A DNA stretch of 64,000 bases from Andalucia godoyi And28 (GCA_009859145.1 VRVR01000017.1:126607-190606); one strand, 5' to 3'. Counted from the first letter of the stretch, positions 30,501 through 41,536 are shown. Program-made: numbers and translations. The notes: generated from the sequence alone by a model not told the origin.

Positions 30501-33500
30501 TCCCGCGCACCCACTCGAACCAGCATTCGGCCTCCAGTCTTTTGGACCTCTCGATTTAAAACTGGATTCAAAACAGGATCGAGATGTTCTACGTCCTCTA
30601 CCAACAACGTTGTACCGCAGCGAATGGCATCTTCCAAAGCCGCCATGAATGACTGATCCAAAAAGCTCACTCGAACCACAGCATTCGAGCCTCCAATTGC
30701 AGTTCTGCTGGAAATGAGAAACTGAACACCTTGTCCAGTTGGATCAATGATCAAGGGATATCTGTTGAACCTCTCAAGCATCACCGCATTCTCGACGCAC
30801 ACATCATCCGCCGGCAGGCCAACAGACGCCCACATTAGTCGTTTGGATGGAGCACTTAGCATGTCCACCAGAGACAGCGACGGTCTGTATGGAATATGCA
30901 ATCTATCCAAAAGCGCCATCCAGCGAGGAATCAGCAAAGAGTGGCGGTAATATTCGTCAAAATAACCGGCATATGCGAGGAAGGCAGATGAAATCAAAGA
31001 GTCTCCAACAAGAGTCGACATGTCCGACGAGAAGGATTTCGTCTGAGAATCCCACCTCCTTCGTTCTTCAATCAAATTGGAGAGCAACGAGGAAGATCTT
31101 TCCGCCTTGGATTGTACAGTTGACTTTTCCAGCTTGATGTGCTCCGCTTCCGCGATCAGGTTTGCATATTCTTCCTTGTATCCCGAAATACGCATCTCCA
31201 ATTCTGATATCATCTCAATCAACGCTCGCTGCTTCAGGCGCAAGTCATCCAATTCAGTTTGCAAGCTGAGGACCTCTTGTCGTAACGGCGACACTCTTTC
31301 CAAGACAAATGAATAAGACAGTTGAGCCTTTGTCCATTTCACCAACGGCCCACAGGCTTTTGAGCTTCGATTGACTGCGTCAAAATCAAACAGATCATTT
31401 GACATGAACTTCTCCATGCGTTTCCGGAGTTTTTCATCAATCTGGCTAGTATCAAATTCCACAATGCTTGCGATGAAATCGGAATCACGAATGATACGGC
31501 GAATGCCTTCCCAGTCCGCCGCAGCCTTTTCTTTTCCGAGCATCGTACACACAGCTTGAAGACAAAACTGGACAGCCGCAGGAGGATTTGGCAAAGCTCT
31601 CAGTTCGTCCAGCTGCTTCTTTTTAATCTCTCGGACTGCTTCTTTCGCGTCTGCAACCAAAGGCTCTACAGTCGCAAGCTCCTTTTCTGCATCTTCCCGA
31701 CGATTTCGAACTTCGTCAGCTCTTCTTTCAACAACAACACTCATCTCTTCAGAAGTCTTCTTCTTCTCTTCTGCCTCTCGCTGTTCTACCATCATCTGGG
31801 ACAACTTTTGATTGGCTGCGTGACTCTTCTCCGCAAGTCGTTCTTCATACTCTTTTAGCGAGGCCTTTAGTGAGGCCACTTCCAACTCAGCCTGACCAAG
31901 CTTTTCCAGTCCTCGAGTGACGTGCAACTGTTGATCAAGGATTTGCGCGGACTTTTCCAGCATAATCCTCTCAAAGTGCCTGATGAGATCGAGGAAATGA
32001 CGCGGAGTAACAAAAAAGGAAACGCCTTGTCTACGAGTGAAGACGGCTCCAACAGACGATCCGGTGTCATGCAGACCAACAAGAGACTGCGATGCAGCGA
32101 CGGAGAAGGCGGATTCTTGCTCGTACTGATCCGATGAGAGGCGCTTGAAATGGTCCATTAGTCCCTCTTCCGCAGCAGACGCAAAACACTGCGATAGATC
32201 TATACGAGACACAAACTCCGAAGCAACCTGTGAAAGAGCAAGCTCATTCCAGTCGCCAAACCAATCGACAACACATCGGTTGAACAAGGCTGGGGACGTC
32301 GCAGTTCTGTTCGTAAAATCTGGGTTGGAAGGATTCATTGTCAGAACGATATGCAAGTTGCGCTGCACCCGATTCAAGAACCACTTGAACAGATCGTCAT
32401 CTGAATCAATGCGCTCTTCAGCGAGTCTCGCTGATTCACGACAAGAATTCAGTAGCGCTGCTAATTCATCCCCTTCAAACAAACCGGGAACTTCTCCACT
32501 TGCCAACAACGCGTTCATATACTCAAGAAAAGCAGTGTCTAAAATATTCGATTCATCAAAAATGAAACATATTTTCTCGCCCTTCACACCAGAACGCTTC
32601 AGCACAGAGCGCAAATCCGCCTCGAAATCAGCAAGCGTGTATCCCCGGTGCGCTTTGATTTGGAAAACAGAGAGCCCATTCATCCAAGCAACAAAACGAG
32701 ACAACACAGTTTTTCCTGAACCAGAGGCACCTGCTAAGAGGAGATGCCCCAAAGGTTGCCTGAGCACACGATCGATTCGAAGCACATGGTTCAATACTTC
32801 ATCAAACACAACCAAATGAACATCCATTTCCTCGTCAGCGAAAGACTTCAGGCGGGCGCGGACATACTGTCTCAGTTCTTCAGCATCTACAGAAACGTAC
32901 GCGCGGGTAAGCCAGTTGGAAAACAAAATAGGCTGCTGCAACGACACGTCGAGATTGATAAAGAACGACGGATTGCCAAACAAGGTTCGTGCAGACGACG
33001 TAAACAAATCCAAGGTCCACTCTCGCTCAGAAGAGGAAACCAAACGATCGTGGAAGAGTCGCAGCCCTTCGTGCACCAGTAATCTCACAAACGTATCCCC
33101 CGAAATTTCGTTTTGCGTAGAACTGTTCACTACCTCAACAACGGCTCGCATCCAGCGAGACAATTCTCGTGGACTGTATATGTAGTGAGGTTGCATGTCA
33201 GGAGTGAACCGGCGTTGTGAATCCGAGTACACCTTCACCATGAACTGGGAGCTGGAGAGCGCAAGCTGCGACAACTGCGGGAGCATCCGTAAAGCGGCTC
33301 GCATCAACGTTCCATAAATACGATTCAGCGAATCTGAGGAGGGAAAATCCACAAACAAGACGGGAGCATGTCGAAGAAACCGCATGGACAGAGGATGTCT
33401 CCCCGGATCCGAAGGAGGATTGCAAGCTCCAACGAATTGAACACGTTCCAGCGCAACAAAAGCTCCAGACTGCGGATGCCAGAAACCACGCATCTCCACA

Positions 33501-36500
33501 ACCTGGCGTATCAGAGAAATGATTCGCTGTGTGCCATACTTATCCGGAGACGGAAGATTGATTTCATCACAGAAGATTACGAGCCACTTTCCTGGCTGAG
33601 ACGGACGACAGACAAGGCCATTAGCGGTTCGTTCAATGTCGCAATACCTTTCAATTGTGCGGAAGATGATATTGGGGCCCGTCGCAGAGGAAAAAGAAAG
33701 AGAAACAACTTGAATGTCCGGCATCCGCTGGAGAACAGAGGTCAGAGTCATGGTCTTTCCAGATCCCGGTGGTCCACAAAGAATGACTGGCACACGAAGA
33801 TTCATCCAAGACCGAAGTACTTCCTCGTGACGAACTGTGTCTACTGTCGGAATGACAACATCCGGAGAACCCGCGCGGGATGCTTCGACCTCGGTATTGG
33901 GCACCAGAGACGACCAAGACACCATTTCTGCAGTCTCAATTTCAAGTCCGAGCTGCAACAGATCTGCAGGCCCTGAGTAGTGAAGATCAGGCACAACAGT
34001 TGGCGCCGTAGAGCCTACAAACTTGGCAAATTCTTCGCGAAGACTTAGAGGTAGCGTTCCACCCAGTCCCCAAACAACCGCAAGCAGCAACTGGCGGTCA
34101 CAAAATTTCACCAAAAATTCTGGATCGAGGGGCAAAGGCATGTTGGAATCGCGCGACCAATCAAGCACCCGTTGCACAGACCCCATCATAAGTGCAGAGA
34201 CGGCCTCAACCCCATACGCCAAAGATACGTCCATGATATGCTTCCCAGAAAACGAGCCCGAATTCACGTGGTTCCAGCACTTTTCAAACAGCTCGTACTC
34301 AACAAACAGTTTCCTGAAGCGCTGACTGACGACAGCAAACACACCAAAAGGATCGGTGGAAGCTCGGGCAGCACAGGAAAGTGCAAAGTGGTTCAAGCGC
34401 ATCGTGGGCGACACGATACCGTCGGCGAACCAGATCATGCCGCATCGAGATACTGTAGCCAACGTAGCTTGCTTCAGATCCTGTACTTCAAACACCAAAC
34501 GGACATTCCGTGGCAGGGAGATACGTTCACCGTTGGGGAGAGTCAACAGTTTGTTATCGTCCAAGACAGAATTCAAGTTTTCAACCCATTCCGGATCGAC
34601 ATCACCATCAAACACAATCCAATGGACACAGGTCGTCACGTCCGACACGGGAGCATCCGCGATCTTGCGTAGGATTTTGGTGAAAACACCATCGCTCCAG
34701 TCACGGGTGGTAGGATCCAAATAGCCGTATAGTTCCTCTTTCGTCAATGACTTTGGATCAAGAATGTAACTTCTTGCCGAAAGCCCTTCAACGGACGCTC
34801 CAGCTTCCAGAGCCAGCTGCCACAAAGACGACTTTCCGCTTCCAGCAGGGCCCACAACCATCAAACCATGATGCACTTTGCTGATTTGATATACTTGCAC
34901 AGCCTTGTCCAACCACATCTCGCTGGAAATCAGATGGCGACGTTGGCACAGATTGCTGATCTTCGCAACAAACTCCGAGTGAACGGCACTAGAAATCTTC
35001 GTTCCTCTGAAGACATCCATCAGCAGAGACCGCAGCAAAGGCACATCCTCTGGTACTAATTTTGGAATCAAGCTGTCACAGATGGCCGTGACAATCAGTT
35101 CGAACTCTTCGGAAGAAGAGTGCAGATCAGCACGGGATTTCAAAACTTCTCGTTTGATGTTCCCTGCAGTTACCAACACGCTTTTCAATGCACGCAATCC
35201 AAAATCGTAGTGAGATTGCTTTGACAATTGGTCAAAGCAAAGTGTGAAAAACGGAACGATTTTTTGGGATAGTTTTTCTGCGCTTTGAAAACCTTGCGCA
35301 TAGAGCATAACTTGTGCAATCAACTCCTTGTCCGGCTGGATCATGGCAAAGGAGCGGAAAAGTTGCTTCAAATTGTCTGGGAGGTTTCTGCGACCTGCAT
35401 ATCCCGGGTTCATCGTAACAAAAATTCCTGTTTCCGGTCGAACCTGCACATGCCTTCCAATCAATTCAATACGCCCGGCAGCAGGACCCGCTCGAATTGC
35501 AACTTGGATCAATTGGATCTGTTGAGAAACAGCAGAAAGAATGGATTCCTCGAGTCTGTTGAACTCATCAAAGCATCCCCATGCGCCGCACTGACATAAA
35601 CCCACAAAGATTCTCCCCATGGAACGGACATCAAAGGTGTCATCACAATTGAATACCAAAGTAAATCGTCCTAAGGCCTGGCCGAGTGCTTTGACCGTTT
35701 CCGTCTTGCCCGTTCCAGCAGGACCAAAAGGGGAGCCACCCAGCCGGGAATGCAAAGCTTGAGTCAACGTCAAAAACGCTCTATCTGTCAACGGGGTCTG
35801 CACCAGTCGGTCTTCAATACCGAAATATTCAAGACCATACACAAATTCTGCATTTGCGCATCTTACCAACACCGACCTTTCCGCGTCATTCCGTCCCTTT
35901 TCAGACGAAGAAGAAAGATAGTACCGAAAGAAACAAAGCCAGTCAAAGGATCCAGCGGTTTCGCATTTTAGAGAAATCAAATGCCGAGCGACATCGCGTT
36001 CGTGCACCAGTTCCGTAATCAGCGACACAGCTTTCTTGTGACGACGAGAATCGGCATTGGACACATTCTCATGGGTCAACAACTGAATACATAAACCCAA
36101 ACAATCAGCAAGATCCACAAGAGATTTTGCAGCATTGGACGTTGAGAGCGACTTCTCGACTTCGCTTGTCCACCAAACCTGAGATGCAAGCAGCGCAGCT
36201 TGACAAGGGAAACTGTCAAACCAACGAACGTATTGTGTGGAAAATGCCGAACGCTCAGCACGAGCAATTGCAAACAGCTGTTCGGTGGCAGAATAGACAG
36301 CACTCAAGAGAGAAGCTTGGATCTCGACATTTAATCGCGTTAACCAGGCGTGAACTGGTTCTTTGGGCAACACTACCACTGGCGTCACAAAGCCGAGTTC
36401 TTCCCCTTCTAATGACACAACAGAAACAATGGAATTGTCTCCGCAGTTCAAAGAAGCGACGCCAGCAAACATCTTCCGAAGATGCTTACTCACGCGCGCA

Positions 36501-39500
36501 ACATCGGCGGCCTGCGCAAGCATCTCCAACAAATCTTCATCCCCTATAAAGTAAAAGCGTGGAAAAGAACTCCGCTGTTTTTCAAGATAATCTCCCAGAG
36601 ATTTCTGAATTTTGGAAAGAGAATCGGCAATGCGCTCCAACACTTTCAAAAGATCCTTGTTGGAATCGAATACCTCCAGAAACCTAGGATTTTGCTGCAC
36701 TTTCTTCATGAGACGCACAAACTCTGAATCAACAGATGAAAACTTATTCGCCTCTGCAGGCAACTGCATCCGAATATCAGCAGCGGAGACGCCGCCAAAG
36801 ATTCCTTCAAGATAAACCCATCTCCTCTGCACATCAGACCACACATCAACCAATACACGAATTCGGCTCAGTCTGTCTTCCCACTTTTCCGCTGTATCTT
36901 TAAACGGGAAATAGAATGGCGATTGCTTCATTGCTGTCAGAGAATTGAGATGCTCAGACATTTTTGATGACAGATCATCCCAGCCCTTGATTAATGAGCA
37001 GCGCGACTTGTAGGTCACAAGTTCCACGACACAAGACTCCCAGCTCTCGGCAACTTTGCTGAGAAACACTTCGAGAGCAAACTCTCCTTGCGCAGACCGG
37101 ATCACTTCCTTGAAAACCATGTCGAACGTCAGCGGCTTCAAATCATAAACATATCCTAACGTAATGTCAACAATGGAAACGGGCTTCGACGAGTTCAGCT
37201 TTCTGAACAAGAGAGCCCAGTGCCGGTCTTTCACAAAATCGCTGCGAAGGTCCACAATGATTCCGTGACATTTCTTAAACGACTCCAATGTTTCTCGCTG
37301 GAATTGCAGAGCAGGATAAGAATGCATCCAGGCCGGAAGACTAGAGACTTCTGCGAGAACTTCGTCGATTTGCGCGCGGAGTTTTCGTGGAACAATTCCA
37401 GAAAACGGCAAATCTCTGATGGCATCAATCCGATTAGAAACAGCAAAACACTCAGTCCAAACCTTCTTCATTTCCCTGAGCTCTGACAACACAGTGAGCA
37501 TTGGGTTGTCAATATCCGGAACAAATGTAAAAGAAGCGTCCAGAACATTTCGAGCCATGTTAATCTTGAACCAGTTTTCAGACAATGCGGATGCACGGTC
37601 CTCGTACTTTTGAATGCTCAGCAATGCTTCTTGGGGATGAACACCACCTTTTGTCGGTCGCTCAGAGCTCCACTCTTCTTCGAATTGCCGGACATAACCC
37701 CTTAGCAAACGGTCTTCATCATGAATACGCGCCTTGAGATCTTCGATAACGTTCTTCATCGCCTCTGATTTTCTGGATACCATTTGCTGCACACGATCCC
37801 ATGCTCCGGATATCTGATCCACATGCACCCATTCTGACGGAAGAGGGATTTTGTTTCTGTCCAATACCTTTTGCCCTCTGCGAAATAGATCGACAGACTG
37901 CGCCCAGTTGACAAGGGACGCATTGATTCTTTGCAAAAGAGTCACGCACTCAATGGCATTCTTGGTACTGGTTTCAAAATCAACATCTTCGAGATCTTTT
38001 CGAGTCCTTGCAAAATCGGCAAGTAGCTTCGCACCTTCGTCGTGCAACCGCGTACGAAAATTCTTCAAGAACCTCTGCATCCAGTCCTCGTACTTATCTC
38101 GAACCTTCTTGGAGATCGCGCGGCAATCGACAGTAGTTGCACCAAATTGCGCAATAGAATCTTCCGAGTCGACAATTGACCGTTTGCTCGAGACGCTTTC
38201 AAAAAGAGAGAGCCACGCACGCAGGTCAGATCCCAACTTTTCAACAACAACCTCCGCATCCATCGACCACAGTGCCTGGTAGCGAAACCAGTCATTGCAG
38301 TATGTCGCCACGGCAGACACAGTATCTTCAATTGACGCAAACGCAGCACGTAGCAACTTGCTATCCACGAACGAGAGCAGGTATCGATACGTCTTACTTT
38401 CCTTTTGAAACCCAGAACCGAGAGCTGCATCAAACTGTTTTGCCCTTATCATAGGAATCGCACAGAGAACAGAGATGACTTCGTCAAGTTTTCGATACCA
38501 GTGGGTTCGGACTGTCTCCAAAGGCGGTTCAACAACAATGACAGACGACACAAGTTTCAGATGAACAGTTAATTGGTTGACGGACGCTCGCTCAGTGACG
38601 TCGGTGCTTTGCAATTCAGAATCGTTTTCGTTCTTCTGGACAGAGAAACAGGATACGAAATGCGACACTTCTGCTGACAACTTTCTCAGTATGACACCAG
38701 ACACATGTTCGTTGATAACCACTATCCACTCAGAAGCATGCGAATACAATTCGGAGTGCAGAACAACATAGTCCACAAGATCCTGGATTTCGGACACAGT
38801 GGAAGACACTTCGGAAGGGAGTGCCGAGGAGCACTTCTCAATCAGTGCAAAAATGCGCTTCTTCCTCGTCAGCAAGTCATCGACTTTGCGCTCGAAGGAT
38901 CTTGCAGCAGAATTCAAAGGAAGGCAGAACTTTGAAACAGATACCTCTCGAGGACCGCTCCACTCATGTTTCATGCCCATTTCAAGCAGACGGTAGATAT
39001 CTGCGAGATCCCGAGCTAACAAACACTGCATTTCCTTGGCATGGACATGCAGTTTTTCGAGGGATCGACGAACGCCGTCGACTGCTTCAATGAGCAGCAT
39101 TGCAGCCTTCTGTGAAGTTACCGCGGCAAGCACAACACTCTTTACCAGAGAAGAGACATAGTCGCTGATCTTAAACAGACGAAACTGATTCGTCTCATTA
39201 ATCAGATCCAAGAGCGCCATCGGGTAGTTGACTTGAAATACCAGTTCCGTTCCCTTCTTGGCACCTTGAGAAGTCTTGACATCAACAATACTGAACACAG
39301 GACCTGCCATCACTGGTTCGTCGTCTGCACCTTGCCTCTTCCATTGAACAAACGAACAAGTCCGGATCCAACTTTCCGTTTTAGAAGTCCAATCATTCAT
39401 CAAATTCCTGAGATTCGTCTGAATTTTCGATCGGAACGGATCTGATACTTGTCGGAATCGAAAAAGACTGGAATGCAAATGTCCAACTCCAAGACCTGTC

Positions 39501-41536
39501 AAAATGTCCTTGCACCTCTGAATTAAGCCTTCCGGATCCAGCTTTGAATCGACAGAACCAGCATTACTTTTGATGAAGCTGGTTCCAGATGCGATCATCA
39601 ACCTGGCTTCGGCATTTTCTGGGTACAAAATCTGGCAGAATGCACATACAAGAGCGGTACCGGCAATTTGAGGAGCAAGAGGCTTTGAATACGGCAAATT
39701 GGGTGCATAAACGCTCTCCACCAAGTCCTGATAACGAATACCAAGAAATCTCGCAAGATCCCCTGTCAGCTCCCAGTTTGTGCTGTTCCCACGAGAAAGG
39801 CGCTTCAGTTCTCCAATACCCAATCCAAAAATCTCAGAAACTCTCTCAGAGTACCGAGCAACGTGCCTATCAATCTGCAGTGCCCAGGCAGCGGCACCCG
39901 AAACAGGAGTAAGACTGCGAGTTCGAGCCAGACGGGAGAAATCTGCAGCTTCGTATCCCTTTTTGAATGTTTCTTCCAAAAACCGAACCACCCCAACCGC
40001 ATAGTCAACCCAAAGTTTCCGAAAATCCGAAACAACAGCTGCAAGCTGCGGCCGGCTCATCCAAGCAGGAGAAGATGAGAGTAGTCGATAGACTTCCTCT
40101 TCGTTCTCAAACGTTACGGAAGGAAACTTATCACGAATCAGATCCGCAACGCGCGCCTCCACATTCTCCAAGCGACCAAGAAAATGTGCAGAGGCATCTT
40201 TCCAGTCCATTGGAGAAAGTAACAGCGGATCGCTGATCTTCTCTTGGACTTCCTTGTTGATCGAGACCACTTCCGAGTCAAATCGCAAAAGGTCAGAAAA
40301 AGCCTTTCTAAACTCGACAATCTCCGACATTCTCTCAACAACACTTGCAGGGTCATCCAAGAACATCTGTGAAACAAGCAATCCCGAAAACTCTTTCTTT
40401 CTCGACTGTTCATTCACGGATTTCACGATTTCATCCACGTTCTCTCCGAAATCTTTCTGAATTTCTACAAATGAAGCACGCAAGGCCTCCAATTCCTCCA
40501 GAGAAATAGACATCAGATTCTTCGAACGGGCAATGCGCAAGAAGGCGTCTTTGACTTCCAAAGATACACCACGCAGCATTGCACGAACATAGTCGTACAC
40601 ATCATTCAGCGCCACGCCAGGTCTTGCGGATTTCAAGGTTTTAAGAAACAAAAGCACAGAGTCTTTTAGCTCCTCCACCTTTGTCGCAGTTCGCAAGGAC
40701 ATCAGACAACTCTGCGGAAACTTGTTCAAACTCGCAGTGTACTTCTGAACTCTCTGGCGAGATGTCACAGTAAGATCGTGCAAATTCACAGCCAGGGGCT
40801 TTTTCTTCGACGTTCTTAGAACTTGAAGAGTCATGTCCACTGCAGGATGCTTTAGCTGACGCTCAAGATCTTCCAAGGCACGCTCAAGCTCGGACCAAAA
40901 AGAAAAATACAGATCCAGAGCAACACTGTCGGACGATGGTTTTGCTTTCGACGCCAGCAATTGAACTTCCTGCACAAACTGAGAGTATGACTTTTCGAGC
41001 CTCGTAAGAAAAGACACGTCTTGCAATTTCTCAGAATCCAGCGGTGTTCCAGATTCGATCGCATTGAGAACTTCTGGCAAGCACGATTTCAGCAGATTGG
41101 CTTCCGGAACAGAAGACATTGCAGAGCACTGATCAAGTGCGCGTTTCAATTGGTCCACCTGAACGAGCACAGGTTTAGCCGAGGCCTTGTTCGACAATAG
41201 CGGTTCAAACGCAGTGGACAAATACGAATGAAGAATGGCAAGTGGTTCATCGTCAGCAGACAAACAAAACAATTGGGAGTGCAGAGGCACATCCGGAGAC
41301 ACACGAAAAGACGATGGATTCCGTTTAATCACGACAAATCCAAGATCATGTGGAATCTGCACCCCAACAGAAAGAATACGAAACACTGGAGCATTTGGAG
41401 ACACCAGAAGAGCCTTGGCATTCGGCTGCTGAACAAACTGGGAGTACTGCTCTTCTCGAAAGGCATCGGCGGGGAGATCCTGCCCAAGGAAGACCTGAGC
41501 TGCTTGTTTCAAATACTCTTCCATGGGTATGCGCAC
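27518..41536 (-). CDS. DYNC1H1: Cytoplasmic dynein 1 heavy chain (apparently intronless, 4672 aa)
   Basis: Four P-loops GPAGTGKT, GPAGSGKS, GPPGSGKT, GASGSGKT. FVGACNPPSDPGRHPLSMRFLRH and PHYIYSPRELSRW are dynein-1-type motifs; stalk/MTBD present. Confidence 0.98.
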   Translation of the reverse strand: MRIPMEEYLKQAAQVFLGQDLPADAFREEQYSQFVQQPNAKALLVSPNAPVFRILSVGVQIPHDLGFVVIKRNPSSFRVSPDVPLHSQLFCLSADDEPLAILHSYLSTAFEPLLSNKASAKPVLVQVDQLKRALDQCSAMSSVPEANLLKSCLPEVLNAIESGTPLDSEKLQDVSFLTRLEKSYSQFVQEVQLLASKAKPSSDSVALDLYFSFWSELERALEDLERQLKHPAVDMTLQVLRTSKKKPLAVNLHDLTVTSRQRVQKYTASLNKFPQSCLMSLRTATKVEELKDSVLLFLKTLKSARPGVALNDVYDYVRAMLRGVSLEVKDAFLRIARSKNLMSISLEELEALRASFVEIQKDFGENVDEIVKSVNEQSRKKEFSGLLVSQMFLDDPASVVERMSEIVEFRKAFSDLLRFDSEVVSINKEVQEKISDPLLLSPMDWKDASAHFLGRLENVEARVADLIRDKFPSVTFENEEEVYRLLSSSPAWMSRPQLAAVVSDFRKLWVDYAVGVVRFLEETFKKGYEAADFSRLARTRSLTPVSGAAAWALQIDRHVARYSERVSEIFGLGIGELKRLSRGNSTNWELTGDLARFLGIRYQDLVESVYAPNLPYSKPLAPQIAGTALVCAFCQILYPENAEARLMIASGTSFIKSNAGSVDSKLDPEGLIQRCKDILTGLGVGHLHSSLFRFRQVSDPFRSKIQTNLRNLMNDWTSKTESWIRTCSFVQWKRQGADDEPVMAGPVFSIVDVKTSQGAKKGTELVFQVNYPMALLDLINETNQFRLFKISDYVSSLVKSVVLAAVTSQKAAMLLIEAVDGVRRSLEKLHVHAKEMQCLLARDLADIYRLLEMGMKHEWSGPREVSVSKFCLPLNSAARSFERKVDDLLTRKKRIFALIEKCSSALPSEVSSTVSEIQDLVDYVVLHSELYSHASEWIVVINEHVSGVILRKLSAEVSHFVSCFSVQKNENDSELQSTDVTERASVNQLTVHLKLVSSVIVVEPPLETVRTHWYRKLDEVISVLCAIPMIRAKQFDAALGSGFQKESKTYRYLLSFVDSKLLRAAFASIEDTVSAVATYCNDWFRYQALWSMDAEVVVEKLGSDLRAWLSLFESVSSKRSIVDSEDSIAQFGATTVDCRAISKKVRDKYEDWMQRFLKNFRTRLHDEGAKLLADFARTRKDLEDVDFETSTKNAIECVTLLQRINASLVNWAQSVDLFRRGQKVLDRNKIPLPSEWVHVDQISGAWDRVQQMVSRKSEAMKNVIEDLKARIHDEDRLLRGYVRQFEEEWSSERPTKGGVHPQEALLSIQKYEDRASALSENWFKINMARNVLDASFTFVPDIDNPMLTVLSELREMKKVWTECFAVSNRIDAIRDLPFSGIVPRKLRAQIDEVLAEVSSLPAWMHSYPALQFQRETLESFKKCHGIIVDLRSDFVKDRHWALLFRKLNSSKPVSIVDITLGYVYDLKPLTFDMVFKEVIRSAQGEFALEVFLSKVAESWESCVVELVTYKSRCSLIKGWDDLSSKMSEHLNSLTAMKQSPFYFPFKDTAEKWEDRLSRIRVLVDVWSDVQRRWVYLEGIFGGVSAADIRMQLPAEANKFSSVDSEFVRLMKKVQQNPRFLEVFDSNKDLLKVLERIADSLSKIQKSLGDYLEKQRSSFPRFYFIGDEDLLEMLAQAADVARVSKHLRKMFAGVASLNCGDNSIVSVVSLEGEELGFVTPVVVLPKEPVHAWLTRLNVEIQASLLSAVYSATEQLFAIARAERSAFSTQYVRWFDSFPCQAALLASQVWWTSEVEKSLSTSNAAKSLVDLADCLGLCIQLLTHENVSNADSRRHKKAVSLITELVHERDVARHLISLKCETAGSFDWLCFFRYYLSSSSEKGRNDAERSVLVRCANAEFVYGLEYFGIEDRLVQTPLTDRAFLTLTQALHSRLGGSPFGPAGTGKTETVKALGQALGRFTLVFNCDDTFDVRSMGRIFVGLCQCGAWGCFDEFNRLEESILSAVSQQIQLIQVAIRAGPAAGRIELIGRHVQVRPETGIFVTMNPGYAGRRNLPDNLKQLFRSFAMIQPDKELIAQVMLYAQGFQSAEKLSQKIVPFFTLCFDQLSKQSHYDFGLRALKSVLVTAGNIKREVLKSRADLHSSSEEFELIVTAICDSLIPKLVPEDVPLLRSLLMDVFRGTKISSAVHSEFVAKISNLCQRRHLISSEMWLDKAVQVYQISKVHHGLMVVGPAGSGKSSLWQLALEAGASVEGLSARSYILDPKSLTKEELYGYLDPTTRDWSDGVFTKILRKIADAPVSDVTTCVHWIVFDGDVDPEWVENLNSVLDDNKLLTLPNGERISLPRNVRLVFEVQDLKQATLATVSRCGMIWFADGIVSPTMRLNHFALSCAARASTDPFGVFAVVSQRFRKLFVEYELFEKCWNHVNSGSFSGKHIMDVSLAYGVEAVSALMMGSVQRVLDWSRDSNMPLPLDPEFLVKFCDRQLLLAVVWGLGGTLPLSLREEFAKFVGSTAPTVVPDLHYSGPADLLQLGLEIETAEMVSWSSLVPNTEVEASRAGSPDVVIPTVDTVRHEEVLRSWMNLRVPVILCGPPGSGKTMTLTSVLQRMPDIQVVSLSFSSATGPNIIFRTIERYCDIERTANGLVCRPSQPGKWLVIFCDEINLPSPDKYGTQRIISLIRQVVEMRGFWHPQSGAFVALERVQFVGACNPPSDPGRHPLSMRFLRHAPVLFVDFPSSDSLNRIYGTLMRAALRMLPQLSQLALSSSQFMVKVYSDSQRRFTPDMQPHYIYSPRELSRWMRAVVEVVNSSTQNEISGDTFVRLLVHEGLRLFHDRLVSSSEREWTLDLFTSSARTLFGNPSFFINLDVSLQQPILFSNWLTRAYVSVDAEELRQYVRARLKSFADEEMDVHLVVFDEVLNHVLRIDRVLRQPLGHLLLAGASGSGKTVLSRFVAWMNGLSVFQIKAHRGYTLADFEADLRSVLKRSGVKGEKICFIFDESNILDTAFLEYMNALLASGEVPGLFEGDELAALLNSCRESARLAEERIDSDDDLFKWFLNRVQRNLHIVLTMNPSNPDFTNRTATSPALFNRCVVDWFGDWNELALSQVASEFVSRIDLSQCFASAAEEGLMDHFKRLSSDQYEQESAFSVAASQSLVGLHDTGSSVGAVFTRRQGVSFFVTPRHFLDLIRHFERIMLEKSAQILDQQLHVTRGLEKLGQAELEVASLKASLKEYEERLAEKSHAANQKLSQMMVEQREAEEKKKTSEEMSVVVERRADEVRNRREDAEKELATVEPLVADAKEAVREIKKKQLDELRALPNPPAAVQFCLQAVCTMLGKEKAAADWEGIRRIIRDSDFIASIVEFDTSQIDEKLRKRMEKFMSNDLFDFDAVNRSSKACGPLVKWTKAQLSYSFVLERVSPLRQEVLSLQTELDDLRLKQRALIEMISELEMRISGYKEEYANLIAEAEHIKLEKSTVQSKAERSSSLLSNLIEERRRWDSQTKSFSSDMSTLVGDSLISSAFLAYAGYFDEYYRHSLLIPRWMALLDRLHIPYRPSLSLVDMLSAPSKRLMWASVGLPADDVCVENAVMLERFNRYPLIIDPTGQGVQFLISSRTAIGGSNAVVRVSFLDQSFMAALEDAIRCGTTLLVEDVEHLDPVLNPVLNREVQKTGGRMLVRVGAREVDLSPSFALYLITKNPLHQFSPDVSSRVTFVNFSVTPASLVSQSLALILLSERPDIENRRTEVLRSQGEYRVRLRNLEEELLNALSDSTANLLEDDVVLRKLETVKKEAFDVQNRMQETDVVMRDLSRAAAVYQPFAAVCSRIYFSLLRLSEINNLYQFSLDTFWVILKTVLSSPHAEGDRGSELRISSFIISLFSSAFSRIRRSLLYVDALALASRFSIMYAVDVCGVDISARESELLFHLSVSLEKSGSGKTAMPAALQSKLSASSSTALQSLLSLASFKLLQDQLKSQDATTMTAVFDILSAEKPEVLASQLLGSQANGQDAASKVLCAFHSLLLTKALRPDRLVFAMESFVLSVFGAEFLRDSSEANLRRIVESVVPSSPLLMISTPGYDPTDAVEKLASETLGVQFLSVALGDADSIVEAESLLNSATRSGSWLLLKNVHLALNWIETLDKRLATLSQMSRPSFRLFLSSESNSALPSTLLRRSFILMNEAAPGIQASVSHVLRTVAASSNVVQPPLERIRMHVLLSWLHAVVQERLRFIPLGWSKKYEFNDADLRFAFDVVDLWIDRVSKGRQNVRPDELPWNAIRSLLTSSIYGGKIENKRDLMILRALVESFMTADAYKDGFVLVKNEVLLSSRIVNLEDFSTWVASLPSTEGPNWIGLPISAQHMVHLRQGEHLMKKILILQASMEDESAYEKDLSGSKSADSVASGTAIIISSCNHWLDVLPATISLPEMRRDIGEAVGRFLVREIGLLNAVLLRVRQDLSDLLSVLKGQSRFTNSTRMTLRLLSADTVPADWRMFETAPNPLASAWIPELSVRHAQLRSIVDACSRDGTSSTVRVCLGKLLSPQAFITAVHQLAAEILEKPLETLCPKLVFENMDDPVSNKLPVQFIVTDLQLEGCVWLDGAVSLAESGVGTASLPCMKLTFSEAPDTSSSTGLKRDVVTMPLYTNTSRTNMLMDVVLPQGFQESTSVVCLRGCAIISWKYH

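Noticed and set aside
27537-41432. Numerous short plus-strand ORFs inside the dynein gene (and similar ones antisense to TOR and XPO7)
   Set aside because: Shadow ORFs of long coding sequences with no motifs.
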